The notes below the pieces were generated by a model that searched no databases, was not told the DNA's origin, and was given only the letters and a program-made list of their open reading frames with translations. Below are positions 61,079 through 64,000 of a stretch of 64,000 bases of DNA, piece after piece. The stretch lies in assembly GCA_963793305.1 (NCBI GenBank), contig CAWBZV010000002.1, forward strand, positions 704,001-768,000, written 5' to 3'. The stretch comes from an uncultured Gemmatimonadales bacterium. GTDB taxonomy: Bacteria; Gemmatimonadota; Gemmatimonadetes; Gemmatimonadales; Gemmatimonadaceae. Position numbers and translations under genes: made by a program. The first letter of the stretch is position 1. Every line of letters begins with the position of its first letter.

Positions 61079-61541
61079 TGCCGTCGTAGCGCCAGGGCAG
61101 GGGCCAGTTTCCGAGCTCGCGGGTTTCCCCGATCTCCGACGTGTAGTACCCCCAGATCGTGAGGTACTTGAGCATCGAGAACCAGTGGCCTTCGGTCGCC
61201 TCGTTGTCGAGGCGCTCGATGATCGCCGTCTGCTGCACGGAGGGCTGTTCGAGGAACCGCTGATCGTCGAGCTCGGCCAGGCCCGCCAGGAAGCGCTTTT
61301 GCTCCGCGGGGGTATACCAGTCGGCGAGCATCGCGTCGATGAAACGATCGACGTGTGCGTCCGCCGCACCCGGGGTGTCTGTCGCGGGAATGATATGCTC
61401 CGATGCCGCGATCACGATCGCGTCTTGATGCGGGGTCAGCACGCGCAGCGTTCCCATGCGCGCGAGCGCGTGTGCATGTTTCCCGAGGGCCAGAAGACCG
61501 ACGGTACCGGCCATCGCGCGCAATGACTCCCGCCGATCCAT
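61059..61541 (-). CDS. gluconate 2-dehydrogenase subunit 3 family protein (Tat signal)
   Basis: MDRRESL; IIPATDTPGA..A.V..FID; LT..GYYTSEIG; ATG at 61541. Confidence 0.9.
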   Translation of the reverse strand: MDRRESLRAMAGTVGLLALGKHAHALARMGTLRVLTPHQDAIVIAASEHIIPATDTPGAADAHVDRFIDAMLADWYTPAEQKRFLAGLAELDDQRFLEQPSVQQTAIIERLDNEATEGHWFSMLKYLTIWGYYTSEIGETRELGNWPLPWRYDGNAPYAH

Positions 61542-61548
61542 AGTCAGA

Positions 61549-62604
61549 ATGTACTCGACGTGTCTCTTCTGCCACAGCGCGCTCGGCGCCAATGAATCGC
61601 TCGAGCGGTTTCCGGTTGGTCGGCGACTCGCGTTCGACTCCACGAAAGGTCGCTTGTGGGTCGTGTGCCTCCACTGTCGGCGATGGAATCTGACGCCGAT
61701 CGAAGAGCGCTGGGAAGCCATCGAGGACTGCGAGCGGCTGTATCGCGGTACGACGGTCCGGGTGTCGACCGAACAGATCGGACTGGCGCGGATGCGCGAT
61801 GGACTGGAGTTGATTCGCGTTGGGCGGCCGATTTATCCCGAGTTCGCGGCGTGGCGCTATGGGTCGCGGTTTCTCGATCGGCGCCGGCGCGCGCGCCCGC
61901 GGATGATGGTGGTCGACGCCGCGCGGGCGTATGCGCGCGCCAACGCCGAGCCGAGTCTCTTCAGGAGCGTGCAAGGGGTCGGGCTCCTGTTCGCCACCGC
62001 CTTCCTCGGATGGCCGGCGATCGTGGCGGCCGGCGCCGTTGGCGTCAGCACCAAGATGCTGCGGAAGCTGCCCGATCTCCCGGTGGTGCACGTACCGGTC
62101 GCCGGTCGTGCGCCCCTCCTGGTCCGCGCGACGGACCTCTCGAGCGCGGAGTTCGCCCGCGATGTACACGAGCGTTGGGCGCTCACCGTCGTTCACGCCG
62201 CCGGTGTTGCTGTGCTGCGCGGGCCGGCCGCCACGCGCGCACTCGGGCCGCTGTTGGCGCTCTCGAACCGGGACGGTGGGTCCGAGCACCAGATCGCGCA
62301 GGCCGTCGCGAAGCTCGAATGGTTCCGCGGACCCGACCGCCTCCTACAGTTCGCCGCCTCCCGCGGCGCGGGCGAGCAGGGCATTCTCGGACTCGGCTAC
62401 GAGCAGCGCCTGAGCCTCGAGATGGCGGTCCACGAGGACACCGAGCGCCGCGCCCTCGAAGGCGAGCTCGCCGAGTTGGAGACCGCGTGGCGTGACGCTG
62501 AGCACGTGGCGGCGATCGCGGACAATCTTTTTCTGCCTGCGGCGATCACGTCGTGGCTTCGGCGGCATGCGGAGCCGAATGCGTCTGGCGACGTGCGTCC
62601 TTGA
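61549..62604 (+). CDS. uncharacterised Zn-ribbon membrane protein, paralog 2
   Basis: MYSTCLFCH...CLHC...RWNLTPIEERWEAIE; central hydrophobic segment; conserved C-terminus. Confidence 0.85.
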   Translation: MYSTCLFCHSALGANESLERFPVGRRLAFDSTKGRLWVVCLHCRRWNLTPIEERWEAIEDCERLYRGTTVRVSTEQIGLARMRDGLELIRVGRPIYPEFAAWRYGSRFLDRRRRARPRMMVVDAARAYARANAEPSLFRSVQGVGLLFATAFLGWPAIVAAGAVGVSTKMLRKLPDLPVVHVPVAGRAPLLVRATDLSSAEFARDVHERWALTVVHAAGVAVLRGPAATRALGPLLALSNRDGGSEHQIAQAVAKLEWFRGPDRLLQFAASRGAGEQGILGLGYEQRLSLEMAVHEDTERRALEGELAELETAWRDAEHVAAIADNLFLPAAITSWLRRHAEPNASGDVRP

Positions 62605-63595
62605 GACGCAGGAAGGGAAGCTCGTAGGCGTTGTAGCTGACCCACGCGACGACGCAACTGAGCCCGAAGGCCATGACGCCGAACATCGGGTCGGCGTCAT
62701 CCCAGCCCGAGATCTCGAGGCCACGAATCACGAAGCGGTGCAGCACGTAGAGGCCATAGCTGTACGTTCCGAACCAGCGCAGGATCGGCGACCGTAACGC
62801 CGCCGGCGAATACGAGAGCGCGACGACCACGAGCAGGGCGCCGAGCACGTCGCCGCTCGTGAATCCGATCGTCTCGACCCAGGCGTTCGTCGGCCGGAGC
62901 CCATGGAAGCGGAGCGCAATCGCCGTCAGCACGAGCCCCGCGATGACCGCGGGCCAGCGAATCGTGCGCAGGGCGGCAGTCCGCGGCGAAAGCGCGACCA
63001 AGGCACCGATCGCCAGCGCATCCATACGGCACGGTGTCAGGCTGTAGATCGCGAGCACCGGCGCGTGACTCATCACGAGTGTCACGCGGAGCGTGATCGC
63101 GGCGGCAATGGCGCCCCACGCGACTCGCGCCGCCGTGGTCTCGCGGGATCCCCAGATAATCCACGGCCAGATGAAATAGAACTGCTCTTCCACACAGAGC
63201 GACCAGAAGTGGCTCAGTACACCAGGGCGTGTCGAGAAATTCGCGAGATACGGCCAGAACCACGTGAGCTCGTGGCTGGTCGAAGCCCAGGTATCCGGCG
63301 CGTCGGAGAAGAATGGGAGGTGAAAGAGCGCCGGAACGATGAGCGACAAGACGAGGGTCCCGTAATAGAGCGGGAAGATGCGGAGCGCCCGCCGCGAATA
63401 GAAAATCCTGACGCGGTCGGGATTCGCCTTCCCATCGAGCAAGACCGTCGTGATGAGATAGCCGGAGAGGACGAAGAAGAGATCGACGCCGAGCCATCCC
63501 GCGTCGCCAATGACGTTGGGCACGAGGTGCGCCACCAGCACGAGCAGGATGGCCACGCCGCGCACGCCGTCAAGCTCCGGAACCCGTTTCGTCAC
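62546..63595 (-). CDS. acyltransferase 3 (OafA/YrhL-like) membrane O-acyltransferase
   Basis: LDGVRGVAIL, GVDLFFVLSGYLIT, RRALRIFPLY, HFWSLCVEEQFY, SYGLYVLH. Confidence 0.95.
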   Translation of the reverse strand: MTKRVPELDGVRGVAILLVLVAHLVPNVIGDAGWLGVDLFFVLSGYLITTVLLDGKANPDRVRIFYSRRALRIFPLYYGTLVLSLIVPALFHLPFFSDAPDTWASTSHELTWFWPYLANFSTRPGVLSHFWSLCVEEQFYFIWPWIIWGSRETTAARVAWGAIAAAITLRVTLVMSHAPVLAIYSLTPCRMDALAIGALVALSPRTAALRTIRWPAVIAGLVLTAIALRFHGLRPTNAWVETIGFTSGDVLGALLVVVALSYSPAALRSPILRWFGTYSYGLYVLHRFVIRGLEISGWDDADPMFGVMAFGLSCVVAWVSYNAYELPFLRLKDARRQTHSAPHAAEATT

Positions 63596-63647
63596 ATGGG
63601 TAGGACGATTGACACGTGCCGGCGAGCACGGCTGATATTCCGTACCA

Positions 63648-64000
63648 ATGCATCGCGCTCTTTTGCTGTTCCCGGTCGCCCTGGCTGCGCAGACACCGCG
63701 ACGGCCGCTGGCTGAGTTGCCGATTCACGCGCGCATCGCCGTGCCGGCGTCCGCGGATTGGATGGCCACGGGCCTTGGCGCGCTGTGGGTAGTGAACTAC
63801 AAGCCGGACCGCGTATCGCGCGTCGACCCGACGACCGGGCGCGTGGTTGCGGATATCCCACTCGCATCCAAGGCATGCCTCGGCGTCGTCATCGCATTGG
63901 GCCGCGTGTGGATCCCCACATGCGGCGACACCGCGATGAACGCGATCGATCCCTCGACGAACGGCGTCGTCGCGCGCTGGCTATTGCCCATTGCGCCCGG
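63648..64000 (+). CDS. exported YVTN/Vgb-like beta-propeller protein (3' truncated by window; absent from the ORF track)
   Basis: MHRALLLFPVALAAQ...GALWVVN...VSRVDPTTGRVVADI...GRVWIP...AIDPSTN.VVA repeats; the frame is open to the window end. Confidence 0.8.
   Translation, partial: MHRALLLFPVALAAQTPRRPLAELPIHARIAVPASADWMATGLGALWVVNYKPDRVSRVDPTTGRVVADIPLASKACLGVVIALGRVWIPTCGDTAMNAIDPSTNGVVARWLLPIAP

Overview
GC-rich bacterial chromosome segment. The gene content (PadR plus duplicated ABC permease, short RpoD-family sigma, peptidase-PD40-Omp85 protein, TonB C-terminal protein) suggests Gemmatimonadota or a related FCB-group lineage; this is inference. The left ~9 kb is accessory: a HipA/HipB-like TA pair, comM, a small ORF plus a DUF3883-like nuclease, and PadR plus permease. 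From 9 to 52 kb it is mostly housekeeping: larE, thpR, lepB, sigma factor, yajQ, rimO, hemL, lnt, rpmE-prfA-prmC-tmk-S41, lolA-aroF-smc, and prs-rplY-pth-ychF-rpsF-rpsR-rplI-rsfS. This part also holds a CRP / MBL hydrolase / CsgG-like / GAF-HD-GYP cluster with a near-perfect CRP box. The right 12 kb holds small accessory genes and a GMC oxidoreductase cluster bracketed by two paralogous Zn-ribbon proteins of unknown family. I saw no tRNA, rRNA, CRISPR, integrase or transposase. Eight genes carry apparent +1 frameshifts, and several normally conserved residues are substituted. Nearly all of these changes fall at or next to GAYG/CRTC motifs, which points to motif-specific consensus errors, probably caused by DNA modification, rather than true pseudogenes. 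Many genes look leaderless, with a TAnnTT element 6-8 nt before the start codon, and three genes appear to start at CTG.
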